Assembly: GCA_037033465.1 (NCBI GenBank)
Contig: JAZBLX010000002.1
Location: forward strand, 109,299 to 173,298
Direction of reading: 5' to 3'
DNA from: Bacteroidota bacterium
GTDB lineage: Bacteria; Bacteroidota; Bacteroidia; Sphingobacteriales; Sphingobacteriaceae
Length of the DNA stretch: 64,000 nt
Shown: one piece after another, positions 40,569-49,722 of the stretch
How positions within the stretch are numbered: the stretch's first letter is position 1
Layout of the letters: every line of letters begins with the position of its first letter
Notes under the pieces: generated by a model
Databases searched by the model: none
Seen by the model: the letters and a program-made list of their open reading frames with translations, nothing else
What the model was told of the DNA's origin: nothing
Program-made: the position numbers and the translations under genes

Positions 40569-40708
40569 GAGATGTGAGATTTTAGAAAAAGAAGTGTTAA
40601 TCACTTACAATTAATACCCAAATCTATTATCTAATTAATTAAATGAGAAAGAGATTCAAATCGGAGAATAATATCTCAAATCTAATGTCTCACATCTCCA
40701 TCTTTTTA
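40569..40708 (-). repeat. Heptamer-phased element with an 11-bp perfect terminal inverted repeat (ppiase-DUF5606 spacer)
   Basis: GAGATGTGAGA (40569-79) and TCTCACATCTC (40688-98). Units include ...CCAAATC TATTATC TAATTAA TTAAATG AGAAAGA GATTCAA ATCGGAG AATAATA TCTCAAA TCTAATG TCTCACA TCTCCAT. It abuts the PPIase stop codon. Confidence 0.7.
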
Positions 40709-41170
40709 CTAATCTTCGATTATTTCGATTCCTACAATTTTATCTCCCTGACGGATATCGTCTACAAGATCAACATTTTCGATAGCTTTACCAAAAACAG
40801 TATGGTTGCGATCTAAGTGCGCAGTGTTTGCTCTGCTATGGCAGATGAAAAACTGAGAACCACCAGTATTGCGACCAGCATGAGCCATTGACAATACACC
40901 ACGATCGTGATACTGGTTTTCGCCATCCAATTCACAATCGATTTTGTATCCCGGGCCACCGGTACCTGCTAAATGTGCTGTAGCTGGATCTTTTGAATTA
41001 GGACAACCCGTTTGAACCATGAAGTTTGGAATTACACGGTGAAAAGTTACACCATTGTAAAAGCCTTCGCTTGCTAATTTTTTGAAGTTTGCAACTGCTT
41101 TTGGAGCGTCTTTTTCAAAGAACTCAACAGTCATATCACCTTTTTCGGTTTTTATTATTGCTTTACTCAT
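40709..41170 (-). CDS. Cyclophilin-type peptidyl-prolyl cis-trans isomerase
   Basis: 153 aa. FHRVIPNFMVQTG, SMA.AG.NT.GSQFFI and FG signatures. Confidence 0.9.
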   Translation of the reverse strand: MSKAIIKTEKGDMTVEFFEKDAPKAVANFKKLASEGFYNGVTFHRVIPNFMVQTGCPNSKDPATAHLAGTGGPGYKIDCELDGENQYHDRGVLSMAHAGRNTGGSQFFICHSRANTAHLDRNHTVFGKAIENVDLVDDIRQGDKIVGIEIIED

Positions 41171-41295
41171 ATCAATTTTGGGTACTAAATTTAAATTTTA
41201 ACGCCTTAAAGAACAATTCGTTTTTTTAAAGTAAAAGGCAAAAATAACAAAATAGTATTACATCTGATATTATTAAATTTTTCTAAACAGTTTAA

Positions 41296-42588
41296 ATGAG
41301 GTATTTTAGTATTTTAAGCAAGGTCATTTTGAGAAAGAAATATTATATCCTGTTGTTTTGTCTGTTTTGTACACTCGGTGTTCGGGCTTCCTCCCTGTTA
41401 ATTTATATGGATGAAGATCAAAAAAACCACCTTAAAGCATATGGAATTGCCTACTGGACGATCAGTAAACAGGTTGAAGTAGATTGGCTTTTAAACTATC
41501 GAGGTGGAAGCTTCCTGATTAAGTACAATAAAAGTGTTGAGGATGAATTAAAAATCAGAGGGGTTTCTTATGAAGTACTGGCTGATGGAAAAGTAGTGAA
41601 TCTTTTAAACGAGATCAGTGACCCGTCAGTAAACATGGAAATGGTTAAACTGGAGAAAACACCTAAAATCGCAGTGTACTCTCCTAAAAGTAAATTGCCC
41701 TGGGATGATGCCGTAACCCTTGTACTCACTTATGCTGAGATTCCTTATGAGGTGATTTACGATGACGATATAATCAACGATAAACTGAGCAAATATGACT
41801 GGCTACACCTTCACCATGAAGATTTTACCGGGCAATATGGTCGCTTCTGGTCTAACTTCAGGTATGCAACCTGGTACCAGGAAGATGTGAAAAATCAAGA
41901 GAAATTAGCCAAACGTCTGGGTTTCAAAAAAGTTTCTGAAATGAAGCTTGCCGTAGCGAAACACATTAAGGAATACTGTGCCGGCGGAGGTTTTATGTTT
42001 GCCATGTGCTCAGGAACAGATAGTTTCGATATTGCTTTGGCTGCCGATGGTATTGATATCTGTGCGCAGATGTTCGATGGCGATGCCGCTGACCCGAATG
42101 CACAGTCGAAATTAGACTTCAATAAAACATTGGCTTTTCAAAACTTTAAGCTCGATAACAATCCAATGAATTACGAATTTTCGGATATTGATGTTACCCA
42201 GTTTAGAACGCTTAACCAAACGAACGATTATTTCACCTTATTCGATTTTTCTGCAAAATGGGACTTGGTACCAAGTATGCTTACCCAAAACCATGACAAG
42301 GTAATTAAAGGCTTCATGGGGCAAACCACAGCATTTAAAAAAAGCCTGGTTAAGCCAAGTGTAACGGTGCTGGGAGAAAATAAAGGTGCCGCAGAAGTAA
42401 GATACCTGCATGGTGAAATAGGAAAAGGTCAGTTTACTTTTTACGGTGGCCATGACCCGGAAGATTATCAGCACGCGGTTGGAGATCCCCCGACAGACTT
42501 AAACCTCCATCCCAATTCTGCCGGTTATCGGTTGATCCTAAATAATGTACTTTTTCCCGCAGCGAAGAAAAAACCTCAAAAAACTTAG
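41296..42588 (+). CDS. Conserved secreted protein of unknown function, class-I glutamine-amidotransferase-like core (from memory, often database-labelled asparagine synthetase B)
   Basis: 430 aa with a signal/anchor. LLIYMDEDQKNHLKAYGIAYW N-terminal block and a candidate nucleophile elbow GGGFMFAMCSG. Confidence 0.4.
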   Translation: MRYFSILSKVILRKKYYILLFCLFCTLGVRASSLLIYMDEDQKNHLKAYGIAYWTISKQVEVDWLLNYRGGSFLIKYNKSVEDELKIRGVSYEVLADGKVVNLLNEISDPSVNMEMVKLEKTPKIAVYSPKSKLPWDDAVTLVLTYAEIPYEVIYDDDIINDKLSKYDWLHLHHEDFTGQYGRFWSNFRYATWYQEDVKNQEKLAKRLGFKKVSEMKLAVAKHIKEYCAGGGFMFAMCSGTDSFDIALAADGIDICAQMFDGDAADPNAQSKLDFNKTLAFQNFKLDNNPMNYEFSDIDVTQFRTLNQTNDYFTLFDFSAKWDLVPSMLTQNHDKVIKGFMGQTTAFKKSLVKPSVTVLGENKGAAEVRYLHGEIGKGQFTFYGGHDPEDYQHAVGDPPTDLNLHPNSAGYRLILNNVLFPAAKKKPQKT

Positions 42589-42835
42589 CTTGCACACTGC
42601 TTTTAAAAACCAAACAATTGTCATAATAAGGCATAAAATTATCCTCGCAAATATCTCTTTTTGTATGAACCTTATCAGAATTGAAAGCATCTAAAACTTG
42701 AAATCTTACACCAAAGACTCCTTAAACAAGTGAAAAGATGCTTCATTTGATGCACATTCCTGATTTGTATACAATATACAACAGTGTGTAGAAACGCGCT
42801 TTTTTCCCTATTTTAACTTTATTCTACTAAAAAAA

Positions 42836-42871
42836 CATCCTGAAAGACAGAGTCTTAGGATGCATTTTTTT
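42836..42871 (+). terminator. Intrinsic terminator 250 nt downstream of the previous CDS
   Basis: CATCCT(G)AA(A)GAC pairs with GTCTTAGGATG, followed by CATTTTTTT. Two single-nt bulges. Confidence 0.55.
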
Positions 42872-42976
42872 ATTATGTGCTATACTTTGGCACAGCTTTT
42901 GGAAATGAGGCTTGTAATTAACAACGGGTTTTGGCCTTAAATTTTAAACAAGATTCTTTACTTAAAGAAAAATATC

Positions 42977-43723
42977 ATGAAAAAATTATTATTAAGTGCA
43001 TCAGTATTATTAATGGCAACAGGTGCTTTTGCACAAACAACAACCATGACAGGTTCGGATGCCAGATTTGGAATTAAAGCAGGAGTAAACTTATCTAAGT
43101 TTCACATGGGCGGAGATAATGCTTTATCAAATGCTTATAACGACAACGTAAAAAGTAATGTTGGTTTCAATGTTACCGCATTTGCAGATTTTGGTGTGGG
43201 AAACAACTTCTTCATTCAACCAGGAGTTTCGTTACAAAACAAAGGTGACAAGTTTGAATCAGTAAGTACAGCAACTTCAAACAACAATACGATTACAACA
43301 ACAACAACCGGTAAAAATAATTTGATGGCGATTGAAGTTCCAATCAATGCAGTGTTTAGAATTCCTACTGGTACAGCTGGTGCAATACAAATCAGTGCTG
43401 GTCCGTATGTAGGCTTTAATATCTCCGGTAAAAATAAAGGAGATATCACTACAACTACTGTAAATAACACTACTAACACGAGTACATCTTCAACTATTGC
43501 AAATGATGACGACTTATCTTTCGGTAGTGCTACAAACAAAGATTTCGCTAGTACAGACTTCGGTGCAAACTTTGGTTTAGCTTACCGTACCAATTCTGGA
43601 TTCTTAGTTGGTGCAAACTATGGATTAGGATTATCAAACCTTGTACCTAAAGATTCAAGAACAAATAACGATAACAAATTGACTAATCGTGTTTTAGGTT
43701 TCTCAGTAGGTTATTCTTTCTAA
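42977..43723 (+). CDS. Outer-membrane beta-barrel (porin-family/OmpA-barrel-like) protein with Thr/Asn-rich loops
   Basis: 248 aa with a signal peptide, alternating beta-strand pattern, terminal GYSF, and low-complexity loops (NNNTITTTTTGKNN, TTTTVNNTTNTSTSS). Confidence 0.7.
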   Translation: MKKLLLSASVLLMATGAFAQTTTMTGSDARFGIKAGVNLSKFHMGGDNALSNAYNDNVKSNVGFNVTAFADFGVGNNFFIQPGVSLQNKGDKFESVSTATSNNNTITTTTTGKNNLMAIEVPINAVFRIPTGTAGAIQISAGPYVGFNISGKNKGDITTTTVNNTTNTSTSSTIANDDDLSFGSATNKDFASTDFGANFGLAYRTNSGFLVGANYGLGLSNLVPKDSRTNNDNKLTNRVLGFSVGYSF

Positions 43724-43740
43724 GAAAATCTTAAGATTTA

Positions 43741-43777
43741 AAAGCCGTTTTGATTGAGTTCAAAACGGCTTTTTTTA
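43741..43777 (+). terminator. Intrinsic terminator after the OMP gene
   Basis: AAAGCCGTTTTGA pairs with TCAAAACGGCTTT, followed by a T-run. Confidence 0.88.
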
Positions 43778-43825
43778 TATCCGATCATTTGATATAAGCT
43801 TTTAGATCATTTAAAAATCCAGGCC

Positions 43826-43859
43826 AAAAAAAAATGCCTGCTTGGTGATCAGCAGACAT
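43826..43859 (-). terminator. Intrinsic terminator for the minus-strand unit (GH92 plus 63-aa ORF)
   Basis: The minus strand reads AATGTCTGCTGATCACCAAGCAGGCATTTTTTTTT. Confidence 0.75.
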
Positions 43860-43881
43860 TTCTATTTTGTTTATGAGAAAT

Positions 43882-44073
43882 CTACAACAACCCGTATAAA
43901 CCGTGTGCATATGATCTTAAAGATGATGATACACTCTGCATTTTTTCTGGTGAAGGACCTTTAACTTTATAGGCCTCCGGATGTAATTCCAATGATTGAT
44001 CGTTTAATAATTCTGAGGTGTTTTTATTGCTCAACGTAGCATGCTGTTCTTCGCTTATTTTTAATGGGGCCAT
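43882..44073 (-). CDS. Hypothetical small protein
   Basis: 63-aa ORF between GH92 and a dedicated terminator. No recognisable motif. Confidence 0.35.
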   Translation of the reverse strand: MAPLKISEEQHATLSNKNTSELLNDQSLELHPEAYKVKGPSPEKMQSVSSSLRSYAHGLYGLL

Positions 44074-44144
44074 GTTAATAAATTTTATATCAGAATAACA
44101 TGTCTATCAAAAATATGTTTGCCATTTCAACATAATTTTTATAA

Positions 44145-46223
44145 TTAATTTTCAATTGATGAGATCCAGTTCTCTGTATCAGAAATTTTCACCGGATCTG
44201 CAGCAGAAATAATTTTTAATACTCCACCATTATTGATTTCTTCCTGCGTGATGTAATTTCTTTTAAATGGCTTGCCATTTAAGAATACCGCCCGGATGTA
44301 TTTATTTTTAAGATTAAAATGCGCTGTTTCAATTTTGAAAGTCTTTCCTTTTGGCAAATGATAAATTACGGAAGGAAACAGCGGAACGTTCAAATAATAC
44401 ATTGGCCAACCTACACAAGCGGGCGAAAAGCCACTTGCAGTAAAAACGTACCAGGCACTCATGGCGCCGGCATCATCATCCATTGTTCTTAAATAGGCTT
44501 GTGGCTCATTATTATAGATTTTTCCGATGTAGGAACCAATTCCCCGACTGTTGTCGTTAAAGTAATTTTGAATTACCGTATCGGCGGCTAACTGGCGCAT
44601 CCAGTACTGAGATTTATAGCCAGACCGCGTAACATTATACATTAAAGGCACCTGTAAATCCGGCTCATTGGCATGGTTGTATAAATCTTTAGCAAAGAAT
44701 TCGTCCAGATGAGCAAGATAGGCTTCTTCCCCGCCATCCAATTCAATTAATCCTTTAAAATCATAAGGTACAAACCAGCGATATTGCCAAATGGTTCCCT
44801 GATATAAACCTCTGGCCTGCATCCTGTCTACATCATTTTTGCTTAGATCCTTAAAGTCTTTATTCCAATATTTCTTATATTCCAAAGCCTTATTTTTATA
44901 AAAATCAGCCTGTTTTTTATTTTTCAGGATGGCAAAAATCTCTGATAAGGCCCAATGATCGTAACTGGTTTCCAGCGCCTTATCGGGTGATTTGTAATCC
45001 AAACTATTTACTTCCTTAACCAGTGAATCTGCTATTTTTTTAAAATCAACCGGATAACCTTTTCGGTAAGCATCTAGAAGCACCACAATAGCATGCTCAG
45101 AACGGACAGTGTTTGACGGCTCATGCTGACCAGCATAATCTTTTTTACCCGACTGATATAATTCGGCAATCGAAGTAACCATTCCTGCATATTCATTTTG
45201 GTTGGTAATGGAGAGCAAAGGCAATTGTGTTCGGTAATTATCCCAGATGGCCCAGCCATTATAATGCACTTGTTTATCTTTTTCAAGTTCTCCCTTCGTA
45301 TTTCTATACTGCCCGTTCTTCTCCGAAATTACGTATGGCGATTGCATGGTACGGTACAAAAGCGAGTAAAATAATTTCGCATCTGTTCCCTCACCATTCA
45401 CTTCAATCTTTTTCAGATTTCGGTTCCAATCCATCGCACTTTGCAATTTAAACTGATCAAATGATTGCATATTAATCGCTAACGCCGCAGCTTCTGCACT
45501 AACTGAAGATAATGCCACATTAATTTCACTTACAACTGCACCTTCCGGAAGCATCAAAACCAATTGATGGCTTCCATTATCTTTCCAGGAACTTCCGATT
45601 GGCACAGAGAGCGAATAATAAATTTTATATTTCCCAACGCTACAGGTGGTTTTCGAAGTAATCCAGCCTGAAACAGTATTCCCGTTTACCTCATGCTCTT
45701 CATCCACGAACGCATTATTAAAGGCATAACTAAGATCGAGATAAAAACCTTTTTTACCTTTCGGAAACTGATAAACATGTTTCCCAGCATTACCTAAAAC
45801 GCTTAATTCTACACTTATTTTATTCTCAAAACCCACTGCATAATACCCCGGACTAGCCTTTTCTGTCACTTTTAACAATTCCGTTTTAGCGGGATCTTCA
45901 CCCAAAAAAGGTTTAATAAATATATTTCCTCCAGAACCCTGACAGCCTACCCCTTCGAAACGATTATGTGTAAAGCCCTCAAATTTCTTTGCCAGGTATT
46001 CATATCCGGTATGCGTTTTTGGGTAAGTTTGCGGACCAATACTCAACATGCTAAATGGATAGGAGGCTGCAGGCGACATTTGTCCATGATCTCCAGAAGA
46101 ACCCAGAAACACATTTACCAATTCTACAGGCTGCTTCCCCTCCACAGAGAAATTATTTTGCTGTGCTAAAACGTTTAACTGAAAAAGTAATAGAAGTGAA
46201 GTTAATCGGATAAAAATTTTCAT
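44145..46223 (-). CDS. GH92-like alpha-mannosidase family protein (divergent), secreted
   Basis: 692 aa. The N-terminal pattern VN.F.G..GDHG...P.A..PF.M....P......GY.Y......GF.H.R..G.GC and HANEPDLQVPLMYN resemble GH92 signatures. Confidence 0.65.
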   Translation of the reverse strand: MKIFIRLTSLLLLFQLNVLAQQNNFSVEGKQPVELVNVFLGSSGDHGQMSPAASYPFSMLSIGPQTYPKTHTGYEYLAKKFEGFTHNRFEGVGCQGSGGNIFIKPFLGEDPAKTELLKVTEKASPGYYAVGFENKISVELSVLGNAGKHVYQFPKGKKGFYLDLSYAFNNAFVDEEHEVNGNTVSGWITSKTTCSVGKYKIYYSLSVPIGSSWKDNGSHQLVLMLPEGAVVSEINVALSSVSAEAAALAINMQSFDQFKLQSAMDWNRNLKKIEVNGEGTDAKLFYSLLYRTMQSPYVISEKNGQYRNTKGELEKDKQVHYNGWAIWDNYRTQLPLLSITNQNEYAGMVTSIAELYQSGKKDYAGQHEPSNTVRSEHAIVVLLDAYRKGYPVDFKKIADSLVKEVNSLDYKSPDKALETSYDHWALSEIFAILKNKKQADFYKNKALEYKKYWNKDFKDLSKNDVDRMQARGLYQGTIWQYRWFVPYDFKGLIELDGGEEAYLAHLDEFFAKDLYNHANEPDLQVPLMYNVTRSGYKSQYWMRQLAADTVIQNYFNDNSRGIGSYIGKIYNNEPQAYLRTMDDDAGAMSAWYVFTASGFSPACVGWPMYYLNVPLFPSVIYHLPKGKTFKIETAHFNLKNKYIRAVFLNGKPFKRNYITQEEINNGGVLKIISAADPVKISDTENWISSIEN

Positions 46224-46309
46224 TGTGTGGTGTTAAAATCGGACTAAAATAAGATTTTACCATGAAGTTAGGGTTATGTTATCGTTTCTTTACAAATTGA
46301 TCTGACAAC

Positions 46310-46340
46310 AAAAAAGCCATTCCGGATTCCGAAATGGCTT
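46310..46340 (-). terminator. Intrinsic terminator after the DUF2911 gene
   Basis: The minus strand reads AAGCCATTTCGGAATCCGGAATGGCTTTTTT. Confidence 0.8.
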
Positions 46341-46359
46341 AAATATAATTTTAATTTCC

Positions 46360-46878
46360 TTACTTGATTGATACAAGAACAGAAACTTTATCCCAATCTA
46401 AAGAGAAACCAGTTTTAGTTATTTTGTATACTAAACGCTCTTGAGTAGCTTTTAATGGCTTTACTTTAACATCAACACGTAAAGCATCTTTAGCTTCTTC
46501 GTATTTATAAGCACCCCATTGTTTTGGCTCTTTGTTAAAAACGGCTGTCCATGTTCCGCTTTCTTTAGGTACTAAGAAGAAACTATATTTACCAGCGGCC
46601 AATGGTTTTCCTTCTACCATAATATCTTTATCAGTTTCAAAAACCGTTGCTTCATTTGCACCTGCACGCCAAACTTTATCATAAGCTTCTAAGCCACCGA
46701 AAATTTTACGTCCTTTTACCGCTGGGCTGCTGTAATTGATGGTGATGGTTGCACCTTTTACTTTTCCGGTTGCAGTAGCTGCCGGACTTGGTTTCGGTTG
46801 CGCTTCCTGTGCCATTGCACTGGTTGAGATCGTTATTGCCGTTAAAAGCAATGTAATAGATTTAATCATCGTTTTCAT
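46360..46878 (-). CDS. DUF2911-family secreted protein
   Basis: Start at [12 protein letters not shown] (signal peptide). YSSP..KGR.IFG.L..Y..VWR.GANEAT and GKY.F pattern. The longer track ORF overlaps the symporter gene end. Confidence 0.7.
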   Translation of the reverse strand: MKTMIKSITLLLTAITISTSAMAQEAQPKPSPAATATGKVKGATITINYSSPAVKGRKIFGGLEAYDKVWRAGANEATVFETDKDIMVEGKPLAAGKYSFFLVPKESGTWTAVFNKEPKQWGAYKYEEAKDALRVDVKVKPLKATQERLVYKITKTGFSLDWDKVSVLVSIK

Positions 46879-46913
46879 ACTAGTATAATTATTTGTTTTT
46901 GTTGTTTTTGACT

Positions 46914-48605
46914 TTACGAATTTAATGCTTTGGGGCGATAAAATAATAATCCCAAAGTCGAAAAAATGATCACCGCAGCTGCTCCGATCACATTTAGCCA
47001 AAGAAACGATACGATATCGAATTCATAAACGGCAATCACGGCAATTTCTGATAAAATAGCAGAAATAAATACCAAAGCGCCATCTATCTTCTTAAAATAA
47101 AATGCCACCAGAAATATACCCAGAATTGGTCCGTAGAAAAGAGAACCCAGTACATTTACGGCTTCTATCAGTGAACCCATCTGTGTGGCGAACATTGCTA
47201 CCGCAATAGAGAATATGCCCCATGCCAGTGTGTGCAATCTGCTATATTTTAATTCTATTGCATCATCAATTGCCTTTTTACTAAAAATTAAATGTACATC
47301 CTTTAATGAGGAAGATGCCAATGAGTTTAATGCTGCAGATATAGAACCCCAGCTGGCCAAAAATATCACTGCGAATAATAATCCTATCATCCCGACAGGT
47401 AGCGTGTTTTTTACAAAATAAAGGAAGATATAATTGGTATCCGTTTTCTCTGCATTAAAATTAGATTGATTAATGGCTTCTTCTACCCTTCCATGAAGTT
47501 CTTTAACATCTTTTTGAGTTGCCTTGAAATTTGCGATAGCGGTATTTAATTCCGGTGAACGACTTTCTTTATGTGCCAGGATTGCCTGAGATTGAGTATT
47601 AAATTTTTCGGCCAACGCCTGATGTTCCTTTTCAAAAACTGCTGCCTGCTCCGGTTTGGTTTCCTTCAGATATTGATAAGATCGCTCGTTGAAGTAAATG
47701 GGTGCCGGTTTTAAAGAAAAGAAGGCAAAAAGTAATGCACCAATTAAAAGAATGGCAAATTGCATCGGTATTTTAACCAAGCCGTTTAACAACAAACCCA
47801 TTTTTGCATTGGTATTGTCTTTCGCAGTGATGTATCGCCCTACCTGACTCTGATCGGTACCAAAGTAGGAAAGCGCCAGGAAGAAACCTCCAATTAAACC
47901 ACTCCAGATATTGTATTTATCTTTCCAGTCGAAGTCTGTAGTGATCACATTTAGTTTTCCGGATTTACCGGCGAGGTAAAGCGCATCACCAAAACCAACT
48001 CCGTTTGGCATATTCTGCACCAATAAATAACCAGCAAAAGCCATGGTACCCAGAATGATCAGGAACTGCAATTTCTGCGTGTGTGCAATGGCCTTGGCAC
48101 CACCGATATAAGTGTAAATTAAAAGGATTCCGCCAGTTAAAACATTCGTTAAGTAAATGTTCCAGTTTAATACGCTCGATAAAATAATACTCGGTGCATA
48201 AATGCTGATTCCTGTAGATAAGCCCCTGGAAAATAAGAAAAGTAAAGAAGTTAAAACCCTGGTTTTTTTATCGAATCGGTTTTCCAAATACTCGTACGCA
48301 GTATAAACATTCAGCCTTTGAAATATCGGAATGAAGGTGATGCAAATTACAATCATCGCCAATGGCAAACCAAAGTAGTATTGCACGAAACGCATCCCAT
48401 CGGTATAGGCTTGACCAGGCGCGGATAAAAAGGTAATGGCACTGGCTTGTGTGGCCATAATGCCCAGCAGCACAATGTACCAGGGCATTTTACTATCCGC
48501 TTTTAAATAAGATTCGTTACTTTTTTGTCCGCGGCCGATGAAAATGCCGTAAACTACAACGGCGAGTAAAGTAAAAATGAGTACGCACCAATCGATATTA
48601 CTCAT
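46914..48605 (-). CDS. Sodium:solute symporter (SSS family)
   Basis: 563 aa with about 13-14 TM helices and a cytoplasmic coiled insert (residues about 300-380). Confidence 0.85.
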   Translation of the reverse strand: MSNIDWCVLIFTLLAVVVYGIFIGRGQKSNESYLKADSKMPWYIVLLGIMATQASAITFLSAPGQAYTDGMRFVQYYFGLPLAMIVICITFIPIFQRLNVYTAYEYLENRFDKKTRVLTSLLFLFSRGLSTGISIYAPSIILSSVLNWNIYLTNVLTGGILLIYTYIGGAKAIAHTQKLQFLIILGTMAFAGYLLVQNMPNGVGFGDALYLAGKSGKLNVITTDFDWKDKYNIWSGLIGGFFLALSYFGTDQSQVGRYITAKDNTNAKMGLLLNGLVKIPMQFAILLIGALLFAFFSLKPAPIYFNERSYQYLKETKPEQAAVFEKEHQALAEKFNTQSQAILAHKESRSPELNTAIANFKATQKDVKELHGRVEEAINQSNFNAEKTDTNYIFLYFVKNTLPVGMIGLLFAVIFLASWGSISAALNSLASSSLKDVHLIFSKKAIDDAIELKYSRLHTLAWGIFSIAVAMFATQMGSLIEAVNVLGSLFYGPILGIFLVAFYFKKIDGALVFISAILSEIAVIAVYEFDIVSFLWLNVIGAAAVIIFSTLGLLFYRPKALNS

Positions 48606-48706
48606 GCCCAGAATTTCGTGAAGAAATAATAAAATACAACCTGAAACACCAAAGCTAATGCGAGTAGGATGTACCAGGTGTTCCAGTTTTTAAGCTGATT
48701 GTTCAT
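48602..48706 (-). CDS. 34-aa single-TM peptide translationally coupled to the symporter
   Basis: [34 protein letters not shown]. Its TGA overlaps the symporter ATG (ATGA). Confidence 0.45.
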   Translation of the reverse strand: MNNQLKNWNTWYILLALALVFQVVFYYFFTKFWA

Positions 48707-48889
48707 TTGATTAATAATGATGATGAGATTAATGCTGTCATTTGGTTTCTCACAACAAAATTTAAAATTACTAATATAAGTTGATAAGCGTATGTATTGG
48801 TAATGTTTACTTGGAATGTTCACGTTAGTGAGACAACAGACTGGTGAAATCTTGAGTTTTGGAACAACCTTTAGAAGCGAGAAACCTAA

Positions 48890-49324
48890 TTATTTATTCA
48901 AAATAATTTGAAATTCTTCGTTCATAAAAGAAGATATAGTCATGATTTTTGTTTTTCCATGAGGATTAAGAATTAGTAAATCCTGATCTCCGGTTAACAA
49001 AAAATCTGCATCGCTATCAACAGAAAGAGAAATTAGAAAATTATCTTTTTCATCACGACAATAGCTTGTGCTACTTTTCACTTCTACAAATTCTGCATAT
49101 TCTTCAATAGTCTCTAGAAGTGCCTCTAAATTTTCCTTAACAAAATATTTTCTAAGTTTTGGACGATTTGTTACTTCCAAAAATTCATTAAGCAGTTCAC
49201 TACTGAATATTAATACAGCCTTTTTAGAAAAAATAATATCATCAAGCTTAGAAAAATCTTTGGTAATTAGAAAGCTAATCCAAAGATTAGTATCGATGAT
49301 AATTTTACTCTTCTGAGTTTGCAT
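48890..49324 (-). CDS. PIN-domain toxin (PIN_3 / TIGR00305-like)
   Basis: Start at MQTQKSKIIIDTNLWISFL. Acidic residues are spaced as in PIN domains (D12, E in SSELLNEF, D..D in DADFLLTGDQDL). It overlaps the upstream antitoxin ORF by 20 nt. Confidence 0.75.
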   Translation of the reverse strand: MQTQKSKIIIDTNLWISFLITKDFSKLDDIIFSKKAVLIFSSELLNEFLEVTNRPKLRKYFVKENLEALLETIEEYAEFVEVKSSTSYCRDEKDNFLISLSVDSDADFLLTGDQDLLILNPHGKTKIMTISSFMNEEFQIILNK

Positions 49325-49526
49325 ATCGCTTAGATCGTACAATTTCAACTTCAGTTGTAATTTCTTCCATAGAAGGAACTGACTTAAATTTAGTTCTAAG
49401 TTTTTCAAGTACACCTGCGAAACTATCTTGAGAAGTATCTTGAATTGCAATTAAATTAAGTGCTTCTAATTCTCTCAAAAGTTGAGTTGCTTTTGGGTTT
49501 AATATATCAATTCGCATCGTATTCAT
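49305..49526 (-). CDS. Putative antitoxin partner of the PIN toxin
   Basis: 73-aa ORF immediately upstream of, and overlapping, the PIN gene. No DNA-binding motif assigned. Confidence 0.55.
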   Translation of the reverse strand: MNTMRIDILNPKATQLLRELEALNLIAIQDTSQDSFAGVLEKLRTKFKSVPSMEEITTEVEIVRSKRYANSEE

Positions 49527-49722
49527 ATCTCAAATTTAAACAAAAGAATGCAAATATTCTATTTACAATTGCAGACTGGAAAGTCAAAACAAAATTGACA
49601 TAGATCATCTAGTTGACTCGATAATTCATCCATTTCCTTTCAAAGTTAAACCACTAGCTAATTCCCGGTGGATGAGACACAAGACCTGTAAAAAAAACAG
49701 AACACCAACCGGTAAAGAATAG

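Noticed and set aside
49325-49450. N-terminal extensions of track ORFs (PIN 49325-49450; small TM ORF 48707-48823; DUF2911 46879-47001; SusD 19460-19486; surE 11631-11660; GxxExxY 24809-24856; DUF5606 40557-40604; secreted protein 27667-27705)
   Set aside because: In each case an internal ATG gives a family-typical N-terminus or signal peptide. The extension overlaps a neighbouring gene, repeat or terminator.
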